A stretch of DNA of 64,000 nt from contig OZ024745.1 of NCBI GenBank assembly GCA_964016885.1, forward strand, positions 104,966,001 to 105,030,000, in the 5' to 3' direction. Below are positions 36,586 through 50,060 of the stretch, one piece after another. The position numbers and the translations under genes are program-made. Every line of letters starts with the position of its first letter. The stretch's first letter is position 1. The DNA comes from Eledone cirrhosa (lineage: Eukaryota). Under the pieces are notes generated by a model that saw nothing but the letters and a program-made list of their open reading frames with translations, did no database searches and was not told where the DNA came from.

Positions 36586-37874
36586 GTACACATATTGCTT
36601 TCCTTTGCCTTTTGAAATGACATGTGAAAGAATAGATTTTGTGTTGATATTTTGTTTTCAGTCATTGGTTATAAATTTATAAAAAGTTTTTAAAAAAATC
36701 AAAAAAATATAAAATGGGGTTACAAGAATTCATACAATCACTGCTTAATTCCAGTTTGGGTTGTGATAAATTTTCTGATGGATATTCTTTTCCTTTTATT
36801 TTTTTACTGGTTTTGGTCATAGGATTGTAATCACTATCAGGTGTTTTAGTGTTTCAGTCAATCATGAAGACTCCAGTACTTATCCCAGTCACATACTTAT
36901 TTTACTGTCCTTTCCTTATTTTAAATGGGTGCATTTTACTTATTGGTGCAAAGAGGTTCATAACTTTATCTACCATTTCCCACTGGAGAGTGTACACACA
37001 CACACACAAACACACACACACGCCAGGCTGCTGTGCAGCTTCTGGCTGCTAAATTTCACTCACAAGGTAACAGTCAACCCAAAACTACTGTAGCAGAATT
37101 TTGCTTAAGGTACCAAACAGTGGGTTCAAATCTAAAATCTAGAAACTTGTGGTTCTGAAGTGAACTTCTAAACCATAAATCCATGCCTGCATGCATTTAT
37201 TTCAATCAATTAAAAGTATAGGGCGTCCAGCTGTAGAAACCTAGGCAGAAACAGTTCTATATGAGCAAGACATGGTTACCTGATCCAACTTATGTCAAAT
37301 AGGACAACCTGTCTAACCCATGCTAGCGTGGAAAATGGACGTTAAACGATGATGATGATCTCATACCTATTTTGAATGGGCATCAAAAGGACCAGTATAT
37401 AGCCTTAAATGTTGTCTTTACCTTACATGTTTTCTTTACCTTACATGTTTTCTAAGGCTTGAAAGGCTATGAACAGCATTGTTTAGATCTGGTTTCATAA
37501 CATTAAGCAAATGAGTGGTACATTTATCTCTGGACAGAGTTTCTGTCTATTGAGTATTGAATTATGTGGTTTCTATTTTGTTGTGATTTATAGAAAACAG
37601 ACATGTTTATTTGTTTTGTTTTAGTCAGAAGAGAAGGAACATCCCATGGATGTTGTGGTGGGAGAGACAGAAATCAGAAACACTATGACTGTAGACTAGT
37701 ATTTGTAGTCTGTTTATGGCCTGTCTGATTTTTTTTTTCCTGGAGAGGTCAAACATGTTTCTGCATACGATAGAATCATCAGATCAGTGGTTCTTAACTT
37801 ATGGACCTCTTTTATTCCTATTTTATTCTGGTCGAACACATAGATGACTGATGCTTAAAAAATCCTATTATTTT

Positions 37875-38063
37875 GGGTGGATTGGCAGTATCGGTAGAGG
37901 GTCGAACGCCATGCTTTTCAGCATAGTTACGTCCCTTTATGATCTGAGTTCAAATCCCGCCGAGGTTGACTTTGCCTTTCATCCTTACGGGGTCAATAAA
38001 ATAAAGTACCAGTAATGTACTGGGATAATTGCTGGCCTTGTGCCAAAAGTAGAAACAATTATT
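37875..38063 (+). mobile_element. SINE family B, full length
   Basis: Same as 16735-16913. Confidence 0.9.
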
Positions 38064-40059
38064 TTTCTTTTTGTTTATGAAAAAATATGTTTTCTTTGAT
38101 AGCGTGGCTAATAAGTTTGATAACTTTGATAGGTTTTGGCCAGTATTGGCTCCGGCCATGTCTAACTTAAAAGCACCACCTGGCTACCATATGTTTATTT
38201 TATACACCACTATTATCCTTAAATACTGTCTTAGTGCTACTGACAATATATATATTTCTATCAATTCCTTAGGGAACCTTTTGACCAACTGTTTTATTGT
38301 TTTTTTTTTCATTTTCTTTCTCTGAAACTTAAGATATTTTCTTTAAATAAATTAATTTGGGGGTCCTTTAAATATTGTTGTACCCCTGGCTGCAGCAAAC
38401 TCCTTAATTTACCACAGAGCAGCTCATTGCAACCTGTATGCAATGCCTAACATCTTGGAAATTATCGTTATGGTAGGAATTGTCACTTGAATGTCATGTG
38501 TGGATGGTTGAAGATAGAACATGATTTATTATCTCCTTAAAATAATTCTTCATGCTGTTATCCCTTGAATTGTCATTGTGGCTTTAGGACCAGGCTCATC
38601 AGTCATGAGAGAAGTAATTGATGAGGAAGATGAGGAGAGATTATTATCTGTCATGATGAACTACTCCTAAGACTAAGTATTGTCCCATATCAAACCACCC
38701 AAACCACATATGGGTCTACAAAACAAAATAACTTATTTTAAAAGGTTCCTATTTACATTAAAATATACCAACATTATTTGGCATAAGAACTTTTACAAAT
38801 ACAATCTTAATAATGAAATTATTAATAATCTTAGAAACTCTTCATTAATTAATTTGCCAGTAGGGAAAAAATTGATGTTAAATGATGATGTTAATGGTGA
38901 TGAATAGTTATTTAATTATAAATATTTAATGAAAGGGTTAAAGGCAAAGTTTGGTCTTTGTGATGCAGCTTTAGGAGTATGTGAAGTTGCTATGAAAAAT
39001 CATCAGAGACTGTACTGTCTAACATTTAAAGAAGTTATGAATTTTTAAAAAATCATAAAGGTTTTTCTTTGTTTATCTATTTATTTGGTCAGGAGGAGGA
39101 CAGTGCCCATTGCCTCTATAGGCCCTGTGAGAATACTGCAGTTAATATCCCTCTTAGATTTTTTACAAGTTGTGTTGTTCATGATTATGGTAGGTGTAGT
39201 TGTATATGATCGTTTCCTTGTTATGTGGGCCACAGTTGAGCTTTCTAAAGCCTATAGATTCAAGAGGAATCTAGCAGATTACTCTGTTTCTGTAACCATT
39301 TAAACTTTCACTAAACCAGGAAGGGTTATTGATAAATTGAAGCAATTTATCAATATCCTGTCAAAAGTGGCTTTGAAATGCAATGTCATGAAATGTATAA
39401 ACAACCATTATCTCGGATATATCTTCCATTGCAAATATTGACAAGACAGTGATAAAGCAAACCAATTAGCATCGACATTTTCTAGCTTTGATTTTGATTT
39501 TGTTTTCATTTTCCATCAACTGATTTTTTTTGTCTTTTTTTTTTGTTTCCTTGTATATACTATTTTCTTTCTCTTTGTTTTTGTTTTTTATCTCATCTCT
39601 CCTAACTTATTCTTTCTCTCTCTCTCTCTTATTCTATCTATCTATTTGCCTATCTGCCCCCCCCCCCCTCCCTGCCATCTCTTATTTCCTTTTACACAAC
39701 CATCTCTCTACTCTCTACTCCCATTTCTCTGTCACTCATTCTTTTACTCTCTTTCTTTCATTCTCTTGCTCTCCTTTTGTCCTTAGCCCCTTTCTCTCTT
39801 TCTTGTTTTTATGCCATCAACTCTCTAATTTCTGTGTCTCCCTCCTTTTTCTCACACTGTCAATGTTTATCCATTTTATCAACTTTTATACTTCTTCCCC
39901 ACCTCTGCAGTTTTTGCTTCATTTCTCTCATTAGTTTTCTCTATTTCCCATTGTTCTGTCTGTTTCCATCCTCCCTATTTTCATTCTATTCCCTCCCAAT
40001 GTCTCTCTATCATTACCTATATTTTTCTCTCCATCATCATCATTTTAAAGATGTCTTTT

Positions 40060-41900
40060 AGTGGTTTGGTTTTGAAGAAGTGGTTGTGCTCATAGCCTTT
40101 TTAGGCCCTCTAAGAGTGGGGAGATCAATGCTGCTACTATTTCTCTGTAGCAGGTTGATGGCTGTAGGTAAAATGTTGACAGTAAGGGGATTGCAAGTGG
40201 CTGAGGTTCTGTGGAGAAAGGACTGGGTAAAACAGTTAGTGTAGAATATTGGAGATGCACAGTATGAGTGAGGAGGAGAAGAGAGATGAGTAAGATGAGA
40301 AGACCTGAATGGGGGTGGCATGACACCAACCAGCTCCAAGAAACAGATGCCACTGTAGTGTCTATAAAAAAATGCAGTGTGAGAAGGATATTGGTGAATG
40401 ACTTCATGTCAATTAGTTGAGCAATCATGTTTTTTATTCCTTTATATGTAGTAACAGCACCATTCCAGATGTGGAAGCAATATTCCATTGTGGAATATTC
40501 CAAAATTCCACATGAGCTTTATAGAGAGTGATTAGTTGATGGGTGTTGAAATATTTTCTGGCTTTGAAGTGGAAGGTTACTGTTTGAGATGTAATCTTTG
40601 CTATGCTTATAATGTGAGATCACCTAAATAAATCCTCATTAATGAAGATATTCCTTGAGATTTCAGTTGTGTGTTGTTCGTGTTTTGATGGAATGGTATG
40701 ATAAGGATTTTTTAATATGTGTAGTGAGTGTGTCTTTGTGCTGTTGAATGAAACAATATTAGTATGACAACATTGAATGATGTTTATGGAGTCAGAGCTT
40801 GTTTTGTAGTAGTATCTAGGTTGTATATGGAGTACACTTGGGTATGGAACATTAGAGAGAAATGAGGGGAGTATTATTTTCATAGGAGGTGACAATAAGT
40901 AGATCATTGATGTATTAGAGGAATGAAGAACAAAACCAAACTTTAGAATACACCAGATTTAACTCTTTAGCATTTACATTACTCTATTGTATTTTCGTGG
41001 GAAAGGCTTTATATCACATACTATTAAATCTATGAGATTTTGATATTATTTATTTTGAGAACAACACCTTAACATCAGTATGAGTGGCAGGTTATGGCCG
41101 GTTTGAACAGAAAGTGGTGAGTGAATTCTGGCTGGATACAGTCAGTTTAAATGCTAAAGTGTTAATAAAGTGTAGGTCAGAGAGATCTCCATATGTATGT
41201 GTTGTGATACCAAATATAATCAAATGTTTTGATGATGTCAAGTTTTTACCCAATTTCTTAAAGAACAAGGCCTACTAGTGAGTGACATTGAACCATATTG
41301 CAAGTCATTATCAATGGAAAGGAATTGAAGGTGTTGGAGAATGTAGTTGTTTGATGACTGTTTCTGTTATCTTTAACATGTGAGATTTTAGAGTAATAGG
41401 TCAATAGCTGGCAAGGTCAGTGTCATTGCTCTTCTTTAGAATTGTACATATTGCAGCATATTCTAATGAAGAGTTTGGGGGTTAAGTTTCGGTTCTCTAT
41501 GGTCACACATTTAATTGTCCTTAATGTATCAAGGGTAAAACACATGTATTGTTCAAGATGATTGGCATACAACTGGCAGAGATTCGACCACTCTGATTAG
41601 TTGTAGTGTCATAGGGTTTGGGATGTGTGGTAACGCAATAATATTTAGTAGATAGTCAGGATGAAGCAGTGGTCATATGACCTGATAGGTGCAGAAATAG
41701 TGGTAGTGGTGTGATAGAGGCTGGGTTCAGTTGTAAACTTGAGACCCAGAGTGTTTGTAGTATCTGTGTATTCATCAGGGAAGTGTGTAGGAGGTGTAGA
41801 GAATGAAACTGATAGATTGGTTTCTGCACCAACTATATCTGTGTAAGATGAGAGCTGAGAGCAATTGTGAACATTTAAGTCAATGAGGACAATGACTTCA
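40060..41900 (-). mobile_element. Highly degenerate CR1/Jockey-group LINE remnant
   Basis: Minus strand remnants DLASY*PITL (NYRPISL-like), LDIIKTFDYIWYH (LDISKAFDKVWH-like) and MEYCFHIWNG. A possibly related remnant lies near 12780-13500. Confidence 0.6.
40959..41165. mobile_element. piggyBac-type MITE with TTAA TSDs, nested in the LINE remnant
   Basis: TTAA-CTCTTTAGCATTTA...TAAATGCTAAAGTG-TTAA: terminal inverted repeats and TTAA on both sides. Confidence 0.85.
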
Positions 41901-42069
41901 GATACGAGTGAAGTGAAGAGATATGGTCAAAGAGTTATTGATGATTGATTTGATCTTACACTAAATTTGTTCATGTTCTTTCTTCTTTCTTCATCATTAT
42001 CTTCATCTTTGTCACTTTCTCATTGCTTACTCCTCTTTCTCTCTTCTAACTTTGCATGTAAGCAGCTCT

Positions 42070-42104
<35 letters not shown>

Positions 42105-42853
42105 GTTTTCTGTCAAGCCTTTTCATATAAATTTCTCTCCAATCTCTTTATGAGATCCTCTCTCTCTCATATATTTCTCCCCCATATATTTCTCTCTCTC
42201 TCCCCATCTCTCCTCCTCTCTCTCTATCCCTCCCCCCTCTCAACCTTTCTTTCTTATGCCAACTTCTTTCTCACCTATCATATGCCAAGCCTTTTCTTTA
42301 TCTCATCTTTTTATACCAACATCTTTTTATTTTCCAATTCCCCCTTCTCTTGTTCTTCTTCTCCCTCTTTCTTTCTTCCTCCCTTAACCCCCCCCCCCCC
42401 TCTCTCTTTCCCTCCCTCTCTTCTCTACATGTACACAATTATACCCAATTTATCTCTTTCCCCCTTCAGGATATTTATGCACACTTTTCCCTTGCTTACT
42501 TCCCTTGCTTACTCTCTCATCATTCCCACACCTCACTTTACATCTCCCTCTCCCTCTCTCTCTCTCTTCACACTCCTCACTCTCTTCAATCTTCTTACTA
42601 CTTAACGGTACTAATTGAATAATGAAATAGCTGGAATTAAAGTTTATTTCACCATTATACAGCATCCGTACCTGTTAAATCTCTGTGAAAAGAGATTAAA
42701 AAAGAAAAGGGAAAATGGAAGGCAGCAATAATTAGTGTGTACAGGTGTGTATGTGGTGGTGGGAGGAGAGGCAGGTGTGTAGAAAAGTTCCATGTTAACA
42801 AAGGTTTCCAGCTTAGAAACCTTTCAGATTCTGGACTTCCTATTGAGTTATTT

Positions 42854-42900
42854 ATACACACACACACATATATTTATATATATATATATGTATGTGTGTA

Positions 42901-42995
<95 letters not shown>

Positions 42996-43067
42996 GTATA
43001 TATATATATATATATATATAATTATATATATATATATATATACATATGTATATATATATATATATAC

Positions 43068-43115
<48 letters not shown>

Positions 43116-43422
43116 GTGTACATATATATATATATATGTGTACATATATATATATATGTGTACATATATATATATATGTGTACATATATATATATATATG
43201 TACATATATATATATATATATATATGTATATAGATATATATGTATATGTATATAGATATATATGTATATGTATATAGATATATATGTATTTGTATATATA
43301 TGTATATATGTATATGTATATATATATATATGTATTTGTATATATATATGTATATATATATATATGTGCGTGTGTGTGTATATATATGTATGTGTGTATA
43401 TATATATATGTGTGTGTATGTG

Positions 43423-43455
<33 letters not shown>

Positions 43456-43600
43456 ATATATATATGTATATATATATATATATATGTATATATATGTATA
43501 TATGTATATATATATATGTGTATATATGTACATATATATATATGTGTGTGTATATATGTACATATATAGGTATATATATATATAGGTCTATATGTATGTA

Positions 43601-43668
<68 letters not shown>

Positions 43669-43680
43669 ATATATGTTCTT
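42854..43680. repeat. Very long compound (TA)n/(TATG)n microsatellite
   Basis: About 820 bp of almost pure alternating purine-pyrimidine sequence. Confidence 0.98.
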
Positions 43681-44019
43681 GTATTTGTGTATCTATTTGT
43701 TTCATAGTTAAGGAGATGAAGATAAACTTTTAGAAATTAAACAATTAAGCAGCAACAACAACAACAATGACAACAAAATGGCAAATGATTGGAAACAGAA
43801 ATAAAATCTATTTTTTTAAAGAAGAAAATCTTTTTTTTAATTGATAATTTTTTTTTTTTTTATTTAGAAAAAAAAAATACACATGCAAAAAATATAAACA
43901 AGCAATATTGAGAGAAAATAATAACAATATAAAGACTAGCAAGAAAACAGGAAAATATAACACAGAATAATACAACACAAGATAAAGAAGAACCAGAAAC
44001 TGGAAGATAAATACACATA

Positions 44020-44775
44020 TACAGTCACACACACACACACTCATACACACATACACAGACACACACATACACACATACACATACACATACACAGGCACAC
44101 ACACACATACACAGACACACACATACACACGTACACATACACAGACACAGACACACACAGACACAGACACACACACACACACACATACACATGCACACAC
44201 AGACTCAGACACATACGCACACACACACACACAGACATACACACATACAGACATACACACCCAGACACACACATACACACGCAAACACACACACACATAC
44301 ACACACACACACACAGACACTGACACACATAGAAACACACACAGACACAGACGAACACATACACAGACACACACACACACACACACACAGACACACACAA
44401 ACACACACATACACACAAACACGCATACAGACACACTGACACACGCACAGACACAGACACACACAGAAACACACGCACACACATACACACACACACTTAC
44501 TTACACACACATGCACACACACACTCACTTACATACACACACACACACACATAGATACAGACACAGACGCACACATACACAAACAGACACACACACACAC
44601 AAACACACACACAGACACACACACAGACAACACACACACACACATACACACACACACTGACGCACATAGATACACACACAGACATGGACGCACACATACA
44701 CAAACAAACAGACACACACACAAACACACACAAACAGACACACACACACAAACACACACATATATATATATATAT
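44020..44775. repeat. Long degenerate (CA)n/(CAGA) microsatellite
   Basis: Visible tract. Confidence 0.97.
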
Positions 44776-44884
44776 GTTGTTATTGTTGTTGTTAGCTGGG
44801 TATTACTATCACTGCCACTACAATGGCCAATGTAGGTGATGTTGGTGTTTGTTGTTGTTGTTGTTGTTGTAGCTCTCATCAGAA

Positions 44885-45248
44885 TGTCTATCTCACCCTC
44901 CCTCAGAGTTCCATTTACTGCTTCTTCCACTATCTGCTAGATTTTAGCTACTATCACTTGGTACAGGTCAACACAACATACTTGAAGGGTCACCCTTCTG
45001 TTAATTTACGACCCTAATTCCGGGGGGGGGGGGGGGGGGGGGTGAGTCCTGACTTCCCTTGTCTATCTCACCCTCCCCCAGAGTTCCATTTACTGCTTCT
45101 TCCACTATCTGCTAGATTTTAGCTACTATCACTTGGTACAGGTCATCAATGCAACATACTTGAAGTTTCACCTGGCTGTTAATTTACGACCCTAATTCCG
45201 CGGGGTGGTGGTGGTGGTGGGGGGGGGGGAGGTGAGTCCTGACTTCCC
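44885..45248. repeat. Tandem duplication of an about 180-bp unit ending in a poly-G tract
   Basis: TGTCTATCTCACCCTCCC...GACCCTAATTCC(G)n..GGTGAGTCCTGACTTCCCT at 44885-45059 and 45060-45248. Confidence 0.92.
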
Positions 45249-45259
45249 TAATCGACACA

Positions 45260-46008
45260 TAGAGTTATGGCCCTTTACGTTCTGAGTTCAAATCCCCCAC
45301 CTCCGAAGTTAACTTTGCCATTCATCCTTACAAGGTCAGGGTCAATAAAATAAAGTACCAGTAATGCACTAGGGTAATTTGCTGGCCTTGTGCCAAAAGT
45401 AGAAAGAATTATTATTATGGTGGATTGGCAGTATCAGTAGAGGGTCAGACGCCCTGCTTTGACGCAAAGAGTTACGTCCCTTTATGATCTGAGTTCAAAT
45501 TCCGCCGAGGTTAACTTTGCCTTTCATCCTTACGGGGTCGATAAAATAAAGTACCAGTAATGCACTGGGATAATTGCTGGCCTGGTGCCAAAAGTAGAAA
45601 CAATTATTTCATATAAAACCCATGAATGCATTTACATATCCACTATGTTAGAGCAAAGAAACAAATTTTGTTTGATAACCAAATCTTTTTACAGTAAAGA
45701 TATTTGTGAAGATTAATCAAAATATTCACTGCATTTGTCATTGTTAAATTGGAATAGCATTATTGCTGCTGCTGTTGTTGTTGTTGTTAATAATTGTTTC
45801 TACTTTTGGCACAAGGCCAGCAATTAACCAGTACATTACTGGTACTTTATTTCATCGACCCCCGTAAGGATGAAAGGCTAAGTTAACCTCGACGGGATTT
45901 GAACTCAGATTGTAAAGGGACGTAACTCTTTGCATCAAAGCAGGGCGTTTGACCCTCTACTGATACTGCCAATCATTGTTTTGGTTGTTAGTCTTGTAGC
46001 TTAGTTAT

Positions 46009-46059
<51 letters not shown>

Positions 46060-46240
46060 TGTTTCTACTTTTGGCACAGGGCCAGCAATTACTCAGTACA
46101 TTACTGGTACTTTATTTTATCGACCCCGTAAGGATGAAAGGCAAAGTCAACCTCGGCGGGATTTGAACTCAGATTGTAAAGAGACGTAACTATGCTGGAA
46201 AGCATGGCGTCCGACCCTCTACCGATACTGCCAATCCACC
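45260..46240. mobile_element. Cluster of four SINE family B copies: (+) 45260-45415, (+) 45419-45608, (-) 45789-45974, (-) 46055-46240
   Basis: Family B boxes, central domain and tail in each copy, separated by (GTT)n and (AAT)n tracts. Confidence 0.9.
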
Positions 46241-46244
46241 AATA

Positions 46245-49175
46245 ATAATGATTTCATTTATTGGCCACAAGGGCCGACATATAGGGGACAATACAAAGAC
46301 AGGGACAGTGGGGGTTTACAGAAAAATTGAGTAAACAATATGAATCACAATAACAAAGTAACAATAAAATTACAAGAAAAAATTCCCCAATAGGGGGGAT
46401 GCCCACCCAGTGTTTGCTCAGGTATCCCACCAATCCTGAATGACCCGACGCTTCGAGAGCACCCTGGAAGGGCACCCCTCTCGTCCTCAAATTTATCTAC
46501 CTACAGCCGCATGACCAGAGTAGGCCCACTCACACGGGCCATTCTCGCCACATTCACCCACCTTTCAGCAAATGTACTGGGGGCAGCACTTCTCTCTCCA
46601 CCCTCACCTTCCTTTCCAAGGGAAACTTGAAAAAGTTGATGAGGGATTGGCCAAAGAAAAAAGTGTCTGTCTTCAGTCCTTTCAACCTCCTCCACCATAC
46701 AACCTCTTTCGCTACTGCCACCAGACAGAGGAAAATTGCCTGCCCTTCCTGGCCAAAAGAAGGCGGCGGGCCGATGTTCACTATGCACTCGGCCGATAGC
46801 CGGATCCGTTCTACACGCGACAACAGCTGTTCAACATAACTCCACAAGTCAGTAATGCACGGACACTGGACGAGTGCGTGCAGAACGGTTTCGTCGCTCT
46901 GTGCGCATCTCGGGCAGGTCCGTCTGACAGCACTTCCGTGCCTGTAGAGTTTATCTCGAACCGGCAGTGCCCCCCGGTAGCACTGCCAAGCGAGGGATTT
47001 TTTGGAAATTATCCATCGTCCCCGACTCGAAAGTCCTCCGGTACAGACTGGTTAGTTCGACTTTGTTGACTCCCAAAGCCTCTCCGAGTGAGTCATCGCA
47101 CTTGCCACCACTAATCCTCTATAGAACTCGAGAGTGGAAGTTCCATTGACCACATTGCCCGCCTGGTAGAGGGCAGTGTTGTCCTGGCAACATTCCAGAT
47201 GCCAGTCACCCAGTCTCGGTCTCTTCTTGACCCAGGACTGCAGCTCAGTCAAAGAAACAAGCTGCGGAAAGGCCCGTCTGACAAACGGCGACCACACCTG
47301 TTCACCGTTAAGGCAGAATATCTGGAGATTCCGCAGCCTCAGCGCGTGCCTGCGCATCATTAGCCACGGCATGCCCGGCCCTCCACGTAGAGGGTGCTGG
47401 CAGCAGATGGACCGCCTCACCAGCGGTACCTGACCCCTCCACAAGAATTTGAAGAGGAGCGGCTCCAAGATGGCGAGATGCGAACGGGGGCAAGGGACAA
47501 CGGTCAGACAGTAGTAGATGACGGACGCAATGTATGCATTCGCCACTTCCGCGCGACCTTTCAGTGATAGCTTCCTCCCAGCCCATTTTGGTGAATCTGG
47601 CTACTCTGCTCGTTACCTCATCCCAATTCTTTTCCACCTGGAGGTCTGGTCTGAACCAAACCCCGAGCAACTTTTCCAGTCCATCCGTCCAGCGCCCCAC
47701 GACGCTGTTGGACGGCATGGGCTTGCCTCTCCAGGTTCTGAGCTGCAAGCCCACCTTCTTTTCCGGGTTAAGTTTGGCTCCTGTCAACCTTTCATATTCC
47801 TTCAATAAGGTGCCGACCACCTCGATTTCTGAGGTGTTCGACACCATCACGGTGATGTCATCCGCATAAGCCGACACCGCCTTTCCACATCCCGGTACGA
47901 GCAGGATGCCCTGCAACAGCTCCAGCTTCCGCAGTAAAGACTCGAGAGTCAATACGTACAGAAGGGAAGAGAGAGGGCATCCTTGACGGACCGATCGGGA
48001 GAGCCGAAAGGGTTCCGAGAGGTGGCCATTAACCTTAACCACCGAGTGTGTGCCGCTGTGCATTGCAGCGATCCAGCTTCTGAAGACAGGGCCGAAGCCA
48101 GCTGCTCTGAGGACAAACTCCAGATACCGATGGTCGACCCTATCGAATGCTTTCGATTGATCTAAATTGATCAGTGCCCCACCGAAGCCAGGTTTACACC
48201 CTACCCTCTCTATGATGTATCGCATGAGGTGCAGCTTGTCGTGTATGGACCTGGCTGGGATTGCACAAGTTTGCACCTCCCCAACCAAATCCTCGACGAC
48301 AAGCGCCAATCTCTTTGCTAACACCTTGGCCAAAATCTTAAACTCTGTGTTGAGCAGAGTTATGGGCCTGAAGTTGTCTAATGTATCTCTCTTGTTCTCG
48401 TCTTTCCTTATCAGCGTCACCACTCCCCTGCTCACAGAACTGGGAATACTCCCATTCTGCTGCCAGTTGCAGTAGAGTGCTTCAAAGAGATCGGAGAACA
48501 ATCTGGCATATTTACGTAAAGCCCGTAGGGCAGGCCATCCAAACTGGGTGACTTGCACCTCATGCAGCCGACAAGGGCGTCCTGAATTTCGGCTGAAGTA
48601 ATCGGCCTTTCGCAGTGCTCAGCGTCGACTGTCGAGATGTGTGGCAAGCCGTTAAGGTAGGGACTGAAATCCGCTACTCTCTCTGACTCGACACTCTCCC
48701 TGAACAACCGAGCAAAGTGCTGGCGAAAGGCCTCACACATCCGCTTGGAATCGCTTATCTCGTGTTCGTCTCGGTTCGCCAAAGACTGAATTGTGGTTTA
48801 ATTACCACGCTGCGCCTCCGCCACGTGGGCCCATCGAACAGCTTTGGTCCCCTTGTTTCTCAGCGCATGCGCCTTAGCTCTGACAATGCAACCTTCGTGT
48901 TTCGCATTGAAGAAATGGTCTAATGCCATTCTCGCCGCTAGCACGTCAGTTGCAATGCCACTACAAATAGCCTCGTCTAACTTATCTACCAGCTCCCCCT
49001 CCTTTCTATTTTTCTCTAACGCTAGTTCTTTGCTGAACTCTATCGAAGTTACTCTAATCTCTCTTTTGAGAGCCCCCCACCATCTGTTGTTGATGATCCC
49101 CCCTGTCAACTTTTGCTTAACTACATTGTTGACTCGGTCCCTGTAAGCCTTACGTGCCGGAAATGTCCACATGTG
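46245..49175 (-). mobile_element. Tx1/L1-clade LINE, 5'-truncated ORF2 (RT + C-terminal zinc knuckle), few frameshifts
   Basis: KSPSLDGLP, NFRPITLLNTEFKILAKVLAKRL, LDQSKAFDRVDH, SVRQGCPLS, AYADDITV and CPRCAQSDETVLHALVQC; 3' UTR ends in AATAAA. Markedly higher GC than the flanks. Confidence 0.96.
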
Positions 49176-49199
49176 TTAAACACATGGAATTCAAAATAT

Positions 49200-50060
49200 T
49201 ATTAATATTTTATTTTTGGTTTTGTTGTTGCGGTTGCTATAGTTGTGGTTGTTGGTGTTTTTGTTGTGTTTGATTTGGTTGTTGCTTTTGTTGTTTTAGA
49301 TGTTGTTGTTGTTGTAGTTGATGTTGTTCTTGGTAATGATGTTCTTTTGGTTGTTAGTGTTGTGGCATAGTGATTGGTAATATTTTCTTTTTTCTTTGTT
49401 GTTGTTGTTTTTATTGTTTTTGATGTTGTTGCAGTAGTTGATGTTGTTATTATTGTTGTTATTGATGGTGAATTGGCAGTATTGGAAGAGGGTCGGACGC
49501 CATGCTTTGCTGTATAGGAGTTATGGCCCCTTACATTCTGGGTTCAAATCCCACCGAGGTTAACTTTGCCTTTCATCCTTTTGGGGGTTGATAAAATAAA
49601 GTACCAGTAATACACTGGGGTAATTGCTGGCCTTGGGCCAAAAGTAGAAACATTATTGTTTTTTGTTTTGTTGTTGCTATTGCTGTGGTTGTTGTTATTA
49701 TTCTTGTGGTTATTAGTGGTGTGTGTGTGTGGGTGTATGTGTGTGTGTGAGCTTTTTCTAAAGTATCTTATAATGTTGGTAGTTCTTGCTGATATGGTTG
49801 TTGTTGTTATTGTTGTTATTGTTAGTGTTGTTGTTGTTCCACTTGTGGTTGTTACTGCTTGGGTCACCATTCTTGATGCTGTAGCCATTATTAATTTTGT
49901 TAAGTTGTAATGGTTGTTGTTGTTGTTGTTGTTGTTGTTGCTGTTGATCTGGTTATTGATGTTGCAGTTCTTGTTGTTGTTGATGTTGCAATTGTGATTG
50001 TTGTTGCTGTTGTTGTTGATGATGTACTTATCGTTTTGGTTGTTATTGTTTGTAATAACA
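49200..50060. repeat. Degenerate (GTT)n tract containing a SINE family B copy (+, 49467-49657)
   Basis: Visible trinucleotide tract with SINE boxes inside. Confidence 0.9.

Noticed and set aside
42737-44930. Many YI-, CV- and HT-rich ORFs (also near 26562-27042 and 63058-63411)
   Set aside because: Translations of dinucleotide microsatellites
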